DNA of 64,000 nucleotides from Rhizobium sp. Q54 (GCA_945861155.1 CAMATN010000004.1:3237-67236); one strand, 5' to 3'. Positions 39,026-55,192 are shown, counted from the stretch's first letter. Program-made: numbers and translations. The notes: generated by a model not told the origin, from the letters alone.

Positions 39026-40477
39026 TTACCGCGGCAGTTTGCTCGATCCCATCAGGAATTCGTCGATCGCGCGGGCGCATTGCCGGCCCTCGCGGATCGC
39101 CCAGACGACCAGCGACTGGCCGCGCCGCATGTCGCCAGCGGCGAAGATTTTCGGCGCGCTGGTGCGGTAGTCGAGCGTGTTGGCGGCGACGTTGCCGCGC
39201 GGGTCGAGCGTGACGGCGGCTTCCTCGACCATGCCAACGCGGCGCGGCCCGACAAACCCCATCGCCAGCAGCACCAGATCGGCCTTCAGCTCGAAATTGC
39301 TGTGCGGCATCTCCTGCATCGCCCAGCGCCCGTCCGGCCCCTGCTGCCACTCAACGCGGACGCATTCGAGCGCCGCGACGCGGCCGTCCCGCCCGAGGGC
39401 GCGCTTGGTCAACACCGCCCAGTCGCGCTCGCAACCTTCCTCCTGCGACGAGGAGGTACGCAGTTTCATTGGCCAGTCCGGCCAGACCAGCGCCTTGTTT
39501 TCGTGGTCAGGCGGCTTTGGCAGGATTTCGAGCTGGGTGATCGACAGCGCGCCCTGCCGGGTCGAGGTGCCGATGCAATCGCTGCCGGTGTCGCCGCCGC
39601 CGATCACGACGACGTGCTTACCGGAAGCGCTGATCGTGCCGCCCGGCGCGGCTGTTGCCTCGTCGTCGCCGGCGACGCGCTTGTTCTGCTGCGGCAGAAA
39701 ATCCATCGCGAAATGGATGCCGGCGAATTCGCGGCCGGACACTTCGAGGTCGCGCGGCAATTCGGCCCCACCGGTCATCGCCACCGCGTCGTATCGGTCG
39801 AGCAGTGCATCGACGCCGAGGGTCACGCCAATTTCGACCCCGGCGCGGAACGCGACGCCTTCCGCGCTCATCTGGTCGACCCGGCGGTCGATCAGCCCTT
39901 TCTCCATCTTGAAATCGGGGATGCCGTAGCGCAGCAATCCGCCGATGCGATCTGATTTCTCGAACAGGGTCACCCAATGCCCGGCGCGCGCCAATTGCTG
40001 GGCGCAGGCCATGCCGGCCGGCCCCGACCCGACCACCGCGACCCGCCTGCCGGTGCGGTGCGCCGGGATCTGGGGCGCGATCCAGCCCTCCGCCCAGCCG
40101 CGATCGACCACGGCGCATTCGATGGTTTTGATCGTCACCGGGTTGTCGTCGATGTTGAGGGTGCACGCCGCCTCGCACGGCGCCGGGCAGATCCGGCCGG
40201 TGAATTCGGGAAAGTTGTTGGTCGAGTGCAGCATGACCAGGGCTTGGCGCCACTGGTCGCGATACACCAGATTGTTCCAGTCCGGGATCAGATTGTTGAC
40301 CGGGCAGCCGTCATGGCAAAACGGGATGCCGCAATCCATGCAGCGCGACGCCTGGGCGCGCAGCGTCGGGTCGGGCAGCGGGCGCACGAACTCAGCCCAG
40401 CTTTTCTTTCGCGCCGCCGGCTTCTCATAGCCGCGCTCGACCCTCTCGACCTCCAGAAACCCGGTCGGCTTGCCCAT
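39026..40477 (-). CDS. gltD: Glutamate synthase small subunit
   Basis: [41 protein letters not shown]. Confidence 0.96.
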   Translation of the reverse strand: MGKPTGFLEVERVERGYEKPAARKKSWAEFVRPLPDPTLRAQASRCMDCGIPFCHDGCPVNNLIPDWNNLVYRDQWRQALVMLHSTNNFPEFTGRICPAPCEAACTLNIDDNPVTIKTIECAVVDRGWAEGWIAPQIPAHRTGRRVAVVGSGPAGMACAQQLARAGHWVTLFEKSDRIGGLLRYGIPDFKMEKGLIDRRVDQMSAEGVAFRAGVEIGVTLGVDALLDRYDAVAMTGGAELPRDLEVSGREFAGIHFAMDFLPQQNKRVAGDDEATAAPGGTISASGKHVVVIGGGDTGSDCIGTSTRQGALSITQLEILPKPPDHENKALVWPDWPMKLRTSSSQEEGCERDWAVLTKRALGRDGRVAALECVRVEWQQGPDGRWAMQEMPHSNFELKADLVLLAMGFVGPRRVGMVEEAAVTLDPRGNVAANTLDYRTSAPKIFAAGDMRRGQSLVVWAIREGRQCARAIDEFLMGSSKLPR

Positions 40478-40604
40478 GCTTGCGCCCTTAAACCCGGCCC
40501 GGCCGAGGGTGGTCAACATTACTGACTTATATCGAACAGCCCCGCCGGATGCCAAGCAACGATAACGCAACGGGCCGCGGCAGGCAGCGGCTTTCGGCCC
40601 GCTT

Positions 40605-40643
40605 TGTTGATATTGCTCGCGGCCCATCAACAGATGTGTTGAT
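40605..40643. promoter_or_regulatory. Candidate HicB operator: ATCAACA-N4-TGTTGAT plus an extra TGTTGAT half-site
   Basis: Perfect 7-bp inverted repeat ending 8 nt before the hicA start. Confidence 0.55.
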
Positions 40644-40651
40644 ATATCGCG

Positions 40652-40849
40652 ATGACCAGCCGCGAGGTTCTTCGCCGCCTTCGCCGTTTCGGGGCCGAGA
40701 TCGTCCCCGGGCGCGGCAAGGGCGGTCACGTGCTCGTGCTGCTCGACGGGCGGCGCACTGTGGTGCCGACCGGATCCGGCGAACTGCCGCCGGGTACGCT
40801 CGCCACGATCCGACGGCAGCTTGGGCTGAACCGCGACCAATTGCCTTGA
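40652..40849 (+). CDS. hicA: HicA-family toxin
   Basis: GKGGH motif, [19 protein letters not shown]. Confidence 0.88.
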   Translation: MTSREVLRRLRRFGAEIVPGRGKGGHVLVLLDGRRTVVPTGSGELPPGTLATIRRQLGLNRDQLP

Positions 40850-40861
40850 GAGGAGGCCCCG

Positions 40862-41302
40862 ATGCAAAAGATCCCCGCCGATTCGGCTTATCCCGCCCGG
40901 CTCGCTGCTGAGCCTGAAGGCGGCTTCACGGTGACCTTTCCCGATTTCGAGTTCGGCGTGACCTACGGCGCGACCCGCGAGGAGGCGTTGCGTCAGGCCG
41001 CCGATCTGTTGGAGACGATCGTCGCCAATTGCCTGGCCGAAGGCTGGGACGTGCCCCTGCCCTCGCCGGCCAGGGGCCGCCCGCTCGTCCCGCTCGAACC
41101 GCTCGTCGCGGTCAAGGTCGAGCTTTATCGCGCGCTGCGCGCCGCCGGGATCACCAAGGCCGAGCTGGCGCGCCGCATCGGGATCGCGCCGCAGCAGGTA
41201 CAGCGGCTGTTCGACACCAACCACGCCTCGCGCCTCGACCAGCTCGCCGCCGCCTTCGCCGCGCTCGGCCGCCGCTTGGTGATCGGCAGCGAAGCGGCAT
41301 GA
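40862..41302 (+). CDS. hicB: HicB-family antitoxin with C-terminal HTH
   Basis: [32 protein letters not shown]. Confidence 0.9.
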   Translation: MQKIPADSAYPARLAAEPEGGFTVTFPDFEFGVTYGATREEALRQAADLLETIVANCLAEGWDVPLPSPARGRPLVPLEPLVAVKVELYRALRAAGITKAELARRIGIAPQQVQRLFDTNHASRLDQLAAAFAALGRRLVIGSEAA

Positions 41303-41314
41303 ACTCGCGCCGCC

Positions 41315-42294
41315 TCACTCGATGACCTCGTCGGCGCGGGCGAGCAGCGCTTGCGGCACGGTGAGCCCGAGCGCCTTGGCGGTATTGAGATTGATCACCA
41401 GCTCGAAACGGGTCGGCTGCTCGACCGGCAGATCGGCCGGCTTGGCGCCCTTGAGGATCCTTCCGGCGTAAATGCCGAGCTGGCGAAAGACAGACGTGAA
41501 ACTCGCTCCGTAGCTGATCAGGCCGCCGGTCGCGGGGAACTCGCGCCCCTGATAGATTGCCGGAACGGCATGGCGTGATGCCAGCGCCACGAGCAACTCG
41601 CGCCGGCTGTTGAAGAACGGATCACTGCCGACGAGGAGCGCGCCGGCTTGCAATTGGACGAGGGTCGCGAAAGCGGCGTCGATCTCGCTTTCGGTGCTGG
41701 CCTCCAGGATATGGATCTGCACCCCCTTCGAGCGCGCCGCTTCCTGCACGTCTGGAATGACGCGCGCAGTCTCTGGAAGGTTCGGGTTCACCAGCAGGGC
41801 GATCACCTTGGCCTGGGGAACCAGTTCGGACAGCAGTTCGAGCCGCTTGGGATACAGCTCGACGACCAGGAAGCTGACCCCTGTGAGATTGCCGCCCGGC
41901 CGGGCAAGACTGGCGACCAGCCCGGTCGCGACCGGGTCGTCGCCGCTGGCGAAGACGATCGGGATCGTCGAGGTCGCGCTTTTCGCCGCTCGCGCCGAAG
42001 GGGGGCCGCCGCTCGCCACGATCAGGTCTACCTTGCGGCTGACGAGGTCGGTGGCCAAGGCGGGCAGTCGATCATAGCTTCCCTCCGCCCAGCGGTATTC
42101 GATCGAGACGTTTTGACCCTCGACGTAGCCGGTTTCGCTCAGCCCCTGGCGGAACGCGACCACATTCGGTGCAGACGGGCCGGGCAAAGAGCCGCTGAGG
42201 TAGCCGATCACCGGCATCGCCTTCTGCTGCGCGCGGCCTGCGAGCGGCCAGGCAGCCGCCACCCCGCCGACGAGCGCTACGAAGGCGCGGCGGT

Positions 42295-42298
<4 letters not shown>
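41315..42298 (-). CDS. Orphan ABC transporter substrate-binding protein
   Basis: [10 protein letters not shown] signal, [36 protein letters not shown]. Confidence 0.9.
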
Positions 42299-46959
<4,661 letters not shown>

Positions 46960-47132
46960 CCGGGGTAGCTCTTTTTTTGCATGTTGGACGGGGACGCGAC
47001 GCCCCTGCGCGCACCGCGAGTCGCGGAGCGCCGTATCGCCAGTATGCATGAGTTAATTTGCGAACGCGAATCGAGCCTGCGAAATCCGGGCCGTTTTCTG
47101 TTGGGGATCGAGCGGTTTTGTTGGGTTTTCGA

Positions 47133-47648
47133 TCAGATCGAGCGCCGCGAAATTGTCGCAGCCACCTCCGGGGGCTGTCGCAGCGTCTGCAAGACGACGC
47201 AATAGCGCTCGGTCAGCTTAAGGAGGGTGTCAACTCGCTCCGGCGGCTCGTCGGTGTCGAGATCGAAAGCGAGGCGGATCGCGCCAAAGCCGACCGGCGC
47301 GGTGCGCTCGACCCCGAGAGTGCCGCGGAAATCGAGGTCGCCCTCGGCGCGGACATGGCCGCCTCGCAAGCGGAATTCGAGCGCCGTCGCGACCGCCTTC
47401 AGCGTGACCCCGGCGCAGGCGACGAGCGCCTCCAGCAGCATGTCGCCCGAGCACGCCTCCAGCCCGCTGCCGCCGGTCGCCGGGTGCAGCCCGGCCTCGA
47501 TCAGCGCGCGCCCGGTCGCGACCTTGCACGCGATCCCGTCCGCCGCGAGATCGCCCTGCGCCGTCAACGTGACCAGCGCGGCGTCAGCGCTCTCGCGGTA
47601 TTTCGCCTTGAGCGGCGCCTGCACCTCGCGCAATGCCGTCGCATCCAT
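47133..47648 (-). CDS. OsmC-family protein
   Basis: CSGDMLLEALVACAG, TERYCVV. Confidence 0.88.
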   Translation of the reverse strand: MDATALREVQAPLKAKYRESADAALVTLTAQGDLAADGIACKVATGRALIEAGLHPATGGSGLEACSGDMLLEALVACAGVTLKAVATALEFRLRGGHVRAEGDLDFRGTLGVERTAPVGFGAIRLAFDLDTDEPPERVDTLLKLTERYCVVLQTLRQPPEVAATISRRSI

Positions 47649-47671
47649 GTCATTACCTCTCCGCGCCACCC

Positions 47672-47738
47672 CTTGTCATACCGCCGAAAGCCGGTATCCA
47701 TGACGGCAATGGATACCGGCTTTCGCCGGTATGACAAG
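47672..47738. repeat. REP-like palindromic element
   Basis: CTTGTCATACCG.CGAAAGCCGGTATCCAT / ATGGATACCGGCTTTCG.CGGTATGACAAG. Confidence 0.85.
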
Positions 47739-47813
47739 AAGGGAACGGCGCACCCCTCCGGTATTGAAGCCTGGTAAGCTCAACGAAGATGCATGGAATA
47801 AAAGGAAACGCCA

Positions 47814-48974
47814 ATGGGACCGCTTGAAGGGGTCAGGATCGTCGAACTGGCTGGGATCGGCCCTGCGCCGTTTTGCGCGATGCTGCTGTCGGACATGGGC
47901 GCCGAGGTGATCCGGGTCGATCGCGCCGCCAATGTCGGGCGCGACGTCGGCCGCGAGGGTGAGGACCCCCGCTTTGCCCTCCTACAGCGCGGCCGTCGCA
48001 ACATCGCGGTCGACCTGAAAAACCCGGCCGGGGTCGAGGCGGCGTTGCGCCTCATTGACCGGGCCGACGCGCTGATCGAGGGCTTTCGCCCCGGGGTCAT
48101 GGAACGGCTCGGCCTCGGCCCCGAGATCTGTCGCCCGCGCAACCCGAAACTCGTCTATGGCCGGATGACCGGCTGGGGCCAGGACGGGCCGATCGCGCAC
48201 ACCGCCGGGCACGACATCAACTACATCGCGTTGTCGGGCGCGCTCTATTCGATCGGGCCGGCAGGCGGGCCACCGGTGCCCCCCCTCAACCTGATCGGCG
48301 ATTTCGGCGGCGGGGCGCTGTATCTTGCGATGGGGGTGCTGGCCGGCATCGTCAGCGCCCGCACGAGCGGCCAGGGCCAGGTCATCGACTGCTCGATGGT
48401 CGAGGGCTCAGCCTCGCTGATGATGATGATGTACGGCGCGCTCGCCGCCGGCGCCTGGAACGAGAAACGCGGCAGTAACCGCACCGATGGCGGCGCGCAT
48501 TACTACCAGGTCTACGAGACCCGTGACGGCGAGCATGTCGCGATCGGCTCGATCGAGCCGCAATTTTATGCGCTGCTGCTGCAGCATACCGGGCTCGAGG
48601 GCGAGCGGGTGCCGGAGCAGACCAACCGCAGCACTTGGCCCGACATGCAGCAGCGCCTCGCGCGCATCTTCAAAGAAAAGACCCGCGCCGAATGGACCCA
48701 GATCATGGAGCAGACCGACATCTGCTTTGCGCCGGTGCTGCGCATGTCGGAAGCGATGGACCACCCGCACAACCGCCACCGCGGGAGCTTCGTCGAAGTT
48801 GCCGGCATCGCGCAGCCGGGACCGGCGCCACGCTTCCTCGGCACCCCGACACGGGTGCAATCCCCGCCGGCCCGGATCGGCGAGCACACCGATGCGATCC
48901 TCAAGGATTGGGGCTTTTCCGGGGACGAGGTCGCGGGCTTGCACCGCGCCGGCGCGGTGGCGTCTGCGACGTGA
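47814..48974 (+). CDS. CaiB/BaiF protein, alpha-methylacyl-CoA racemase-like
   Basis: ELAGIGPAPF, AGHDINY, NLIGDFGGG. Confidence 0.9.
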   Translation: MGPLEGVRIVELAGIGPAPFCAMLLSDMGAEVIRVDRAANVGRDVGREGEDPRFALLQRGRRNIAVDLKNPAGVEAALRLIDRADALIEGFRPGVMERLGLGPEICRPRNPKLVYGRMTGWGQDGPIAHTAGHDINYIALSGALYSIGPAGGPPVPPLNLIGDFGGGALYLAMGVLAGIVSARTSGQGQVIDCSMVEGSASLMMMMYGALAAGAWNEKRGSNRTDGGAHYYQVYETRDGEHVAIGSIEPQFYALLLQHTGLEGERVPEQTNRSTWPDMQQRLARIFKEKTRAEWTQIMEQTDICFAPVLRMSEAMDHPHNRHRGSFVEVAGIAQPGPAPRFLGTPTRVQSPPARIGEHTDAILKDWGFSGDEVAGLHRAGAVASAT

Positions 48975-49075
48975 GCCGACATCGTCGGCGAACGGTTCAG
49001 CGCGCGTGACCTGTTGATCCCGGTCGGGAGTTTCCAATACGATCGCCCATCCACCCGAAGGAGGAAGCGAGAGAC

Positions 49076-49276
49076 ATGACGAAATTTAGCTGCACGATGA
49101 CTTCCGGTAGTTATTTATATTATGTTACGTTGGTTGCGGAAGATGAAAATCAGGCAAGGGAAATGGCCTTTGCCGAGACAAAGAGAAATCGTCTAACGGA
49201 CTGGAGCGTTGCAGTTCTTGAAGCCGGGGTGCCGGGACCGGCGCAACTCCTGGCCAGCGGCTCCCGGGAGTTGTGA
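49076..49276 (+). CDS. Small hypothetical protein
   Basis: GAGGA RBS; 66-aa ORF filling an intergenic gap. Confidence 0.55.
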   Translation: MTKFSCTMTSGSYLYYVTLVAEDENQAREMAFAETKRNRLTDWSVAVLEAGVPGPAQLLASGSREL

Positions 49277-49334
49277 CGCAGGGTCGACAATTTTCGCGCT
49301 GCTTGATCGCTCCGACGGCTCATTCCCCGGTGCT

Positions 49335-50045
49335 CTAGAAATTTTCGATCCACGGGCGCAGTTCGATTTCCCAAGCCCAGGCGCTGCGGGGTTGCCGGTG
49401 CAACTGCAGATAGGTCTCGGCGATCGCGTCGGGATCGAGAAGGCCGTCCGGGCCGCGCTCGTTGGCGCGCGGGTCGCCGGCGCGGCCGATGCCGCCGTCG
49501 ATGACGATATGCCCGACATGGATGTTCTGCGGCTGCAGTTCGCGTGCCAAGCTTTGCGCCAGCCCGCGCAAGGCAAATTTGCCCATCGCGAACGAGGACG
49601 AGCGCGGATAGCCCTTGACGCTGGCGCTGGCGCCGGTGAACAGGATCGTGCCGCTTCCCTGGCGCACCATGCGTAGCGCCGCCTGCTGCGCCACCAGAAA
49701 GCCGCCAAAGGCGGTGACCCTGATCGCCGCGTCGACCGCCGCCGGATCGAGCTCGGTCACCGGGCCGCGCGCGCGCCCGCTGGCATTATAGACGACAAGG
49801 TCGAGGCGATCGGCGCCGGCGCCGCCCCCGGCATCGAGTGCGGCGAATAGACGCTCGACCTCCTCGGCGCGGCTGGCGTCGCAAGCGATCGTCACCGCCC
49901 CGGTTTCCTCCGCCAAGGCGGCGAGCTTTGTCGTGTCGCGCGCCGCCAATACAACCGACATTCCCTCGCGGGCGCAGCGACGCGCCAAGGCCGCGCTCAG
50001 CCCCGCCCCCGCACCGACGATCAACGCGCGCTCGCCTGCCGCCAT
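49335..50045 (-). CDS. SDR-family oxidoreductase
   Basis: GAGAGLS, VYNAS, TGASAS, GKFALRGLAQSLAREL. Confidence 0.9.
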   Translation of the reverse strand: MAAGERALIVGAGAGLSAALARRCAREGMSVVLAARDTTKLAALAEETGAVTIACDASRAEEVERLFAALDAGGGAGADRLDLVVYNASGRARGPVTELDPAAVDAAIRVTAFGGFLVAQQAALRMVRQGSGTILFTGASASVKGYPRSSSFAMGKFALRGLAQSLARELQPQNIHVGHIVIDGGIGRAGDPRANERGPDGLLDPDAIAETYLQLHRQPRSAWAWEIELRPWIENF

Positions 50046-50589
50046 AGGAGATCTCCTGTAAACCCGGTTCGGTTATCGCGCAAATCCATCGTGCGATGCC
50101 AGGCTTAAAAAGCCGGGCGACCGGTCGAGACGGCATGGCGCTGTGCAGCTCTATCCGCCACCTGTGGTCGCGACCGCAAGATGTGCCGCCGCCAGCACGC
50201 CCGTCCCCAACAAATTGTTTTACCGAGCCTCTATTGGTCCTGCCGTGCCGCTGTATATGCGGAAGCCATGAAAGGCGATTTGTGGATATACTTGCGGCTC
50301 AAGAATTAGGCTGCGTGATCATTTTCTGAACCGTACCAGGATAGAATTATCTGATGACAAGCAAAGATTATTTTCTGACTTGAACCCGTTGCGGCATTTC
50401 ATGCAGGTATGGGTTGACAATCTGTCGAGTAGCTCATTAGGCTGGCTCTGCATTTTCCCCTGTCCAACCCGGGCGCCCCCCCTTGCCATAGACCCGGGCC
50501 GGCAACCGCAAACCGCCCTTCTCTCGCCACAGACGGCGCCCGTCCGGGCGACCGATCATGGCGCATTCCCGCTAACCACATGGAGATTC

Positions 50590-51405
50590 ATGCGGATGAG
50601 GATGCGAAAGACGATCGGCCTGTCTTTTGTGCTGCTAGTCGCGTCGACCGCGGCAATCGCCCAGCAGGCCCAGTCGCCCCCGCACCAGCCGGGGCCCGCC
50701 ATCAAGGCAAAACCCGCAAAGATCGCACCGGCGGCCAACAAGTCCAACAAGGACACCGCCGAGCGTTACCGCGCCGGCGCGGCGGGACGCTCCGAGCGCT
50801 CGGAGAGCCGCCGAACTGGGCCTGAGCCACAATACGCTGGCGCGAGCGCGCCAGCCGATCAATACCTCGGCCAAATGCGAGCGACCGGCCAACGCGAAAT
50901 CGGCTCGGCCGCATGGTATGGCGGCCGCCATATTGGGCGGCGCACCGCGAGCGGCGATTTGCTCGACGCGGTTCGTCCGACCGCGGCGCACCGTACCCTG
51001 CCGCTGCACTCGCTGGTGCGCGTGACGAATTTGAGCAATGGGCGCTCGGTTATCGTGAAGATCACCGATCGTGGCCCGGTCAGCAGGTCCCTGATAATCG
51101 ATGTGTCGCCCAGGGTCGCCGACGATCTCGACATGAGGCGCGCCGGAATCGCGAGGGTCGCCATCGAGCCGGTTGCCCCGGCGACGAACCCGGCGCTTCA
51201 ATCCGCGGCCGCGCTCCCGCAATATCAACCCCCGCAATATCAACAACCCGTGGCGGCCCCATCGTCTCAGGCCGCGGCGGCGATCCAGCCATCGTCGGCC
51301 AGGCCGGCCCCGTTGCCGTATCAAGCCCTGGCGGCAACCCCGGCTCATCAGGCCGCGGCAGCATCGCTGCCATATCAGGCCCACGCGGCGACCTCGCCGC
51401 GTTAG
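50590..51405 (+). CDS. rlpA: RlpA-family lytic transglycosylase with low-complexity P/Q/A tail
   Basis: GSAAWYG..TASG, TAAHRTLP, VRVTNLSNGRSV, DRGP, IIDVS. Confidence 0.85.
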   Translation: MRMRMRKTIGLSFVLLVASTAAIAQQAQSPPHQPGPAIKAKPAKIAPAANKSNKDTAERYRAGAAGRSERSESRRTGPEPQYAGASAPADQYLGQMRATGQREIGSAAWYGGRHIGRRTASGDLLDAVRPTAAHRTLPLHSLVRVTNLSNGRSVIVKITDRGPVSRSLIIDVSPRVADDLDMRRAGIARVAIEPVAPATNPALQSAAALPQYQPPQYQQPVAAPSSQAAAAIQPSSARPAPLPYQALAATPAHQAAAASLPYQAHAATSPR

Positions 51406-51740
51406 CCAAGGCAGGCCCCCTGCCGATCTGACGAAACCGTCGGTTTCATGGCTGTCCCCTTTTTGCCACTGTTGCCGAAACGGCACAATGGATGCGAAAA
51501 GCCGGCATAGACGCCGGCCTCAATTGACTCCGAATCGACGCTCGATTGTAGTCTCCGGGTCGTGCCTGCCCACGGACTGTATCGACCCGGAATTCGTAAA
51601 GTAGTCGTCAACAATCAACTCCTTCGGTTCGCTTGGCTGCCGGTCGCGGCGCAGGAATGGGGACGCTCGGCCACTATTGGTCGAGGGCGAGGACGATGGG
51701 GACAATTCCCGCCTCTTGGCGGGTTCGATTTGGGGGCAAC

Positions 51741-52202
51741 GTGTCTGAGACGACCAACGTCATACCGTTTCCGTTGATGGTTCGAACGAGACGGTCGACA
51801 GCGAATTGCATGCCGTATTCGGGGCCCGGCGAATACGAGTTCACCGAGAGAGAGTTGGGGGCGCTGTGCCGCTGGTTTTCGGCGATGAAATACGCGTTCC
51901 CCGGCACCGAGGGGGTGATGATCGTCAGTCACCAGGAGGGCTATTCGGCCGTCGGCCTCTATAACCCGGCGGGGGGCGCGCCGAACTGTCTCGTCGCCAA
52001 GCACGAGGCAGGAGGGATCACCCGGTTTTTCTGGTCGACCGAAGGCGACCCGCCGCAAGTCATCAATAATCTGGCCGAGATCACCGACGCGCATATCCGC
52101 GCGATCGAGCCGCCGGGCAATGAAAAGGGCTGGCTCGACCCGACCGGCTGGATGGGGGTTTACGCTGCGCGGATGATCGCGACCGCCGTACAAGTGGTCT
52201 GA
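51741..52202 (+). CDS. Hypothetical protein
   Basis: GTG start with G-rich RBS, NVIPFP N-terminal motif. Confidence 0.6.
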   Translation: MSETTNVIPFPLMVRTRRSTANCMPYSGPGEYEFTERELGALCRWFSAMKYAFPGTEGVMIVSHQEGYSAVGLYNPAGGAPNCLVAKHEAGGITRFFWSTEGDPPQVINNLAEITDAHIRAIEPPGNEKGWLDPTGWMGVYAARMIATAVQVV

Positions 52203-52450
52203 CGACACAAGTGGTTTGACTACCTGCGGTCGAACCGGCACGGTAGCGACCGCGGCGGCCGGTTGAGCGCGGCCGCCGCTTCGACGGGACCATGGCCGCG
52301 CCGGCGCAGCGGAGGAACCTCGCCACACCAAACCCGACTGGCCAGCGATAGCCGGAAACACGCTCCATGTTGGAGTGTTATCCGACGCTCGGTCACGTGG
52401 GTCTTTGTCCAACGCACGCAACCACAGCGCTTAACCAGAGTCGGGGGGCG

Positions 52451-53605
52451 ATGAAACCAGTCGCGGTTGTCGGTTTGCTTGGCTGCCTGCTGGCCGGATG
52501 CTCGGCTCTGCCGACCGCGGGGCCGACCGCGAGCGATGTCAGGCGCCAGGAGGTCGAGAACAACCAGATCCGCTTCGATCTGGTCGATATCGACGACAAC
52601 GTCGTGGCCGCCTTGCGGGCCGCACCGGGCGAAAGCTTACAGGCTCGCTTCAAGAAATACGGCGCGCCGCCGCAAGCCAGGATCGGCATCGGCGACAGCG
52701 TCGTCGTGTCGATCTGGGAGGCCGCCGGCGGTGGCCTGTTCGGCGCCTCCGCGACCGATCAGGTATCGACCGGGTCGCGCAGCGTCACCATTCCCGAGCA
52801 GGTGGTCGGGCGCGACGGCGGGCTCAGCGTCCCGTTTGCCGGCCGCGTGCCGGTCGCCGGACGGCTCCCCATCGAGGTGCAGCGAGCGATCGAGCGTCGG
52901 CTCGCCGAAAAGGCCATCGAGCCGCAAGTCATCGTCAGCGTCACCAAGAGCCTCGCGAACAGCGTGACGGTCACCGGCGAAGCGGTGTCCGGCGCGCGGG
53001 TGCCGCTGTCGGTCAGAGGCGACCGCCTGCTCGATCTGATCGCCGCGGTCGGCGGCACGCGATCGCCGGTTTACGAAACCTTCGTGCGGCTGTCGCGAGG
53101 CGGCGTCACCGCGACGATCCCGATGGAAGCGCTGGTCTCGAACCCCGCCGAGAACATTTATGCCCAACCGGGCGACGTTTTGACGCTGGTGCGGCTGCCG
53201 CAATCCTTCACCGCCTTTGGCGCGACCGGCGCCAACGCGCAGATCCCGTTTACCGCCGAGAAAATGACGCTCGTCGAAGGCCTCGCCAAGGCCGGCGGAC
53301 TGCAGGATCAACGGTCCGACCCGGCCGGGGTTTTCCTGTTCCGTTTCGAGCCGCCCGGAATCGTCAACGCGCTGGGGCGGCCGCAACTGCGCACCGGGCC
53401 CGACGGATCCTCTCCGGTGGTCTATCGGCTCGACCTGCGCAATGCCAAATCCTATTTCATGGCGCAGCGCTTCCCGCTCCACGACAAGGACATCATCTAC
53501 GTCGCCAATGCCGATCTGAACGAATTGCAGAAATTCTTCGGCCTGCTGAATACGCTGACCGGACCGGTTATTTCCGGAATCGTGGTGAAGGGCGCGGTGC
53601 CCTAG
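52451..53605 (+). CDS. Capsule polysaccharide export outer-membrane lipoprotein (CtrA/BexD/Wza family)
   Basis: LAGC lipobox, LPTAGP, IGIGDSVVVSIWEA, SVPFAG, AGGLQD. Confidence 0.9.
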   Translation: MKPVAVVGLLGCLLAGCSALPTAGPTASDVRRQEVENNQIRFDLVDIDDNVVAALRAAPGESLQARFKKYGAPPQARIGIGDSVVVSIWEAAGGGLFGASATDQVSTGSRSVTIPEQVVGRDGGLSVPFAGRVPVAGRLPIEVQRAIERRLAEKAIEPQVIVSVTKSLANSVTVTGEAVSGARVPLSVRGDRLLDLIAAVGGTRSPVYETFVRLSRGGVTATIPMEALVSNPAENIYAQPGDVLTLVRLPQSFTAFGATGANAQIPFTAEKMTLVEGLAKAGGLQDQRSDPAGVFLFRFEPPGIVNALGRPQLRTGPDGSSPVVYRLDLRNAKSYFMAQRFPLHDKDIIYVANADLNELQKFFGLLNTLTGPVISGIVVKGAVP

Positions 53606-53639
53606 ACGTGGTGCTATTCAGACACTTCCCACCCAACCC

Positions 53640-53700
53640 GTCATCCCGGCGCAGGCCGGGATCCATGTCTGGCGTGGATCCCGGCCTTCGCCGGCATGAC
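53640..53700. repeat. REP-like palindromic element
   Basis: GTCATCCCGGCGCAGGCCGGGATCCA / TGGATCCCGGCCTTCGCCGGCATGAC. Confidence 0.85.
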
Positions 53701-53857
53701 AAGCTTATGGGTATGTTGCGTGAGGTGTTACCACTAGACGCCGTTCCCGGCTCGCTCGGAGCGGCGGCTGTCCCAGCCCTCTGCTGGCGGGGTAAGTTCG
53801 CGTAGCGCCAAATTCGCGCCGCGCTCAAAATCCCCGACTTGGACCCGGCTTTTTGCA

Positions 53858-55126
53858 ATGATCGCTCTCGACCTGTCACGGCTCTTGTCGCGCGCCGGGC
53901 GGGGCACCCCGACCGGGATCGATCGCGTCGAACTCGCCTATGCCGAGCACCTGATCGCGAGTGGTGCGCCGGCCTCGTTCACGGCGGTCGGCGCCCACGG
54001 CGGACTCGCCTTGCTGACCCGGCGGATAGCCGACGACTTCGTCGCCGAGATCGGCGCCGCTTGGCGTGGCGGGAGCGATTCCCTGGCGCAAATGGGACAG
54101 GACCGGCGCGTCCGCCAGCTCGCGCGGCACGCCCGGATGGCGCTCCTCGCCGGAAGCGGGCGGGTGCTGCTGTCGCGGCTGCGCGCCAGCGCCGCGCCGC
54201 CGGTCTATTTGCTGGTGTCGCACCACCACCTCGAAAAGCGCCGGCTGATTGCGCGCCTCAAAGAACGCAGCCCGGCGCGTTTCGTCTGCCTGATCCACGA
54301 TCTGATACCGATCGAGTTTCCCGAATACGCCAAGCCCGGCCAGGCCGAACACCATCTCCGCCGGATCGAGACGGCGGCCCGGTTCGCCGACGCGCTGATC
54401 GTCAACTCGGCGGTGACGCGCGAGGCGCTGCAGCCGCATCTCGATCATGCCGGGCGCAACCCGCCGGTTCTGGTCGCGCCGTTCGGCGCCGATTTGCCGC
54501 CGGCGTCGCGCGCCGAGGGGCCGCCCTTCGAACGGCCGTATTTTGTTTATGTCAGCACGATCGAAGCCCGCAAGAACCACCTGCTGCTGCTCAATGTGTG
54601 GCGCCGGCTGGCGACGGAAATGGGCGATCGCGCGCCGCTGTTGGTGCTGGTCGGGCAGCGCGGCTGGGAGACCGAGAATGTCGTCGATATGCTCGATCGC
54701 TGTCCGGCACTGCGCGGCTCGGTGATCGAACACAACACTTTGCCCGATGCGGCGATGGTGGGGCTGCTCAAGGGCGCCTGCGCGTTGCTGCTGCCGTCCT
54801 TCGCCGAGGGTTTCGGGTTTCCGCTGATCGAAGCGCTGCAACTCGGCGTCCCGGCGCTGTGCAGCGACATCGCCGCGTTGCGCGAGACCGGCGACACGGT
54901 CCCGGAATTCCTCGACCCGCTCGACGGGCCGGGCTGGCGCACCGCGATCCTCGACTACGCGACGCCGGGCTCGCCCCGACGCGCGGCTCAGCTCACCCGT
55001 CTTGCGGGCTGGGACCCGCCTCGCTGGGACGCCCATTTCGCCATCGTCGACCGCTTCATCGCGGCGGCCGCCGGCAACCCCCGTCCCGATCGGCAATCGA
55101 CGACGTGTGTTGCTCAGGCGACCTGA
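53858..55126 (+). CDS. GT4-family glycosyltransferase
   Basis: PTGIDRVE, IHDLIP, TIEARKNH, PSFAEGFGFPLIEA. Confidence 0.9.
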   Translation: MIALDLSRLLSRAGRGTPTGIDRVELAYAEHLIASGAPASFTAVGAHGGLALLTRRIADDFVAEIGAAWRGGSDSLAQMGQDRRVRQLARHARMALLAGSGRVLLSRLRASAAPPVYLLVSHHHLEKRRLIARLKERSPARFVCLIHDLIPIEFPEYAKPGQAEHHLRRIETAARFADALIVNSAVTREALQPHLDHAGRNPPVLVAPFGADLPPASRAEGPPFERPYFVYVSTIEARKNHLLLLNVWRRLATEMGDRAPLLVLVGQRGWETENVVDMLDRCPALRGSVIEHNTLPDAAMVGLLKGACALLLPSFAEGFGFPLIEALQLGVPALCSDIAALRETGDTVPEFLDPLDGPGWRTAILDYATPGSPRRAAQLTRLAGWDPPRWDAHFAIVDRFIAAAAGNPRPDRQSTTCVAQAT

Positions 55127-55192
55127 ACGCGAGACGATAGCGGTCATCGCCCGCGGATAATCCGGGGCAAAACCGTTTGGGGAATACGGACG

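Noticed and set aside
40478..41224. Apparent ~250-aa N-terminal extension of GltD
   Set aside because: Overlaps hicAB on the other strand; GltD homology starts at MGKPTGF (40477)
51415..51490. Small hairpins after rlpA as a possible riboswitch or ncRNA
   Set aside because: No recognisable conserved motif; stems are short for this GC content
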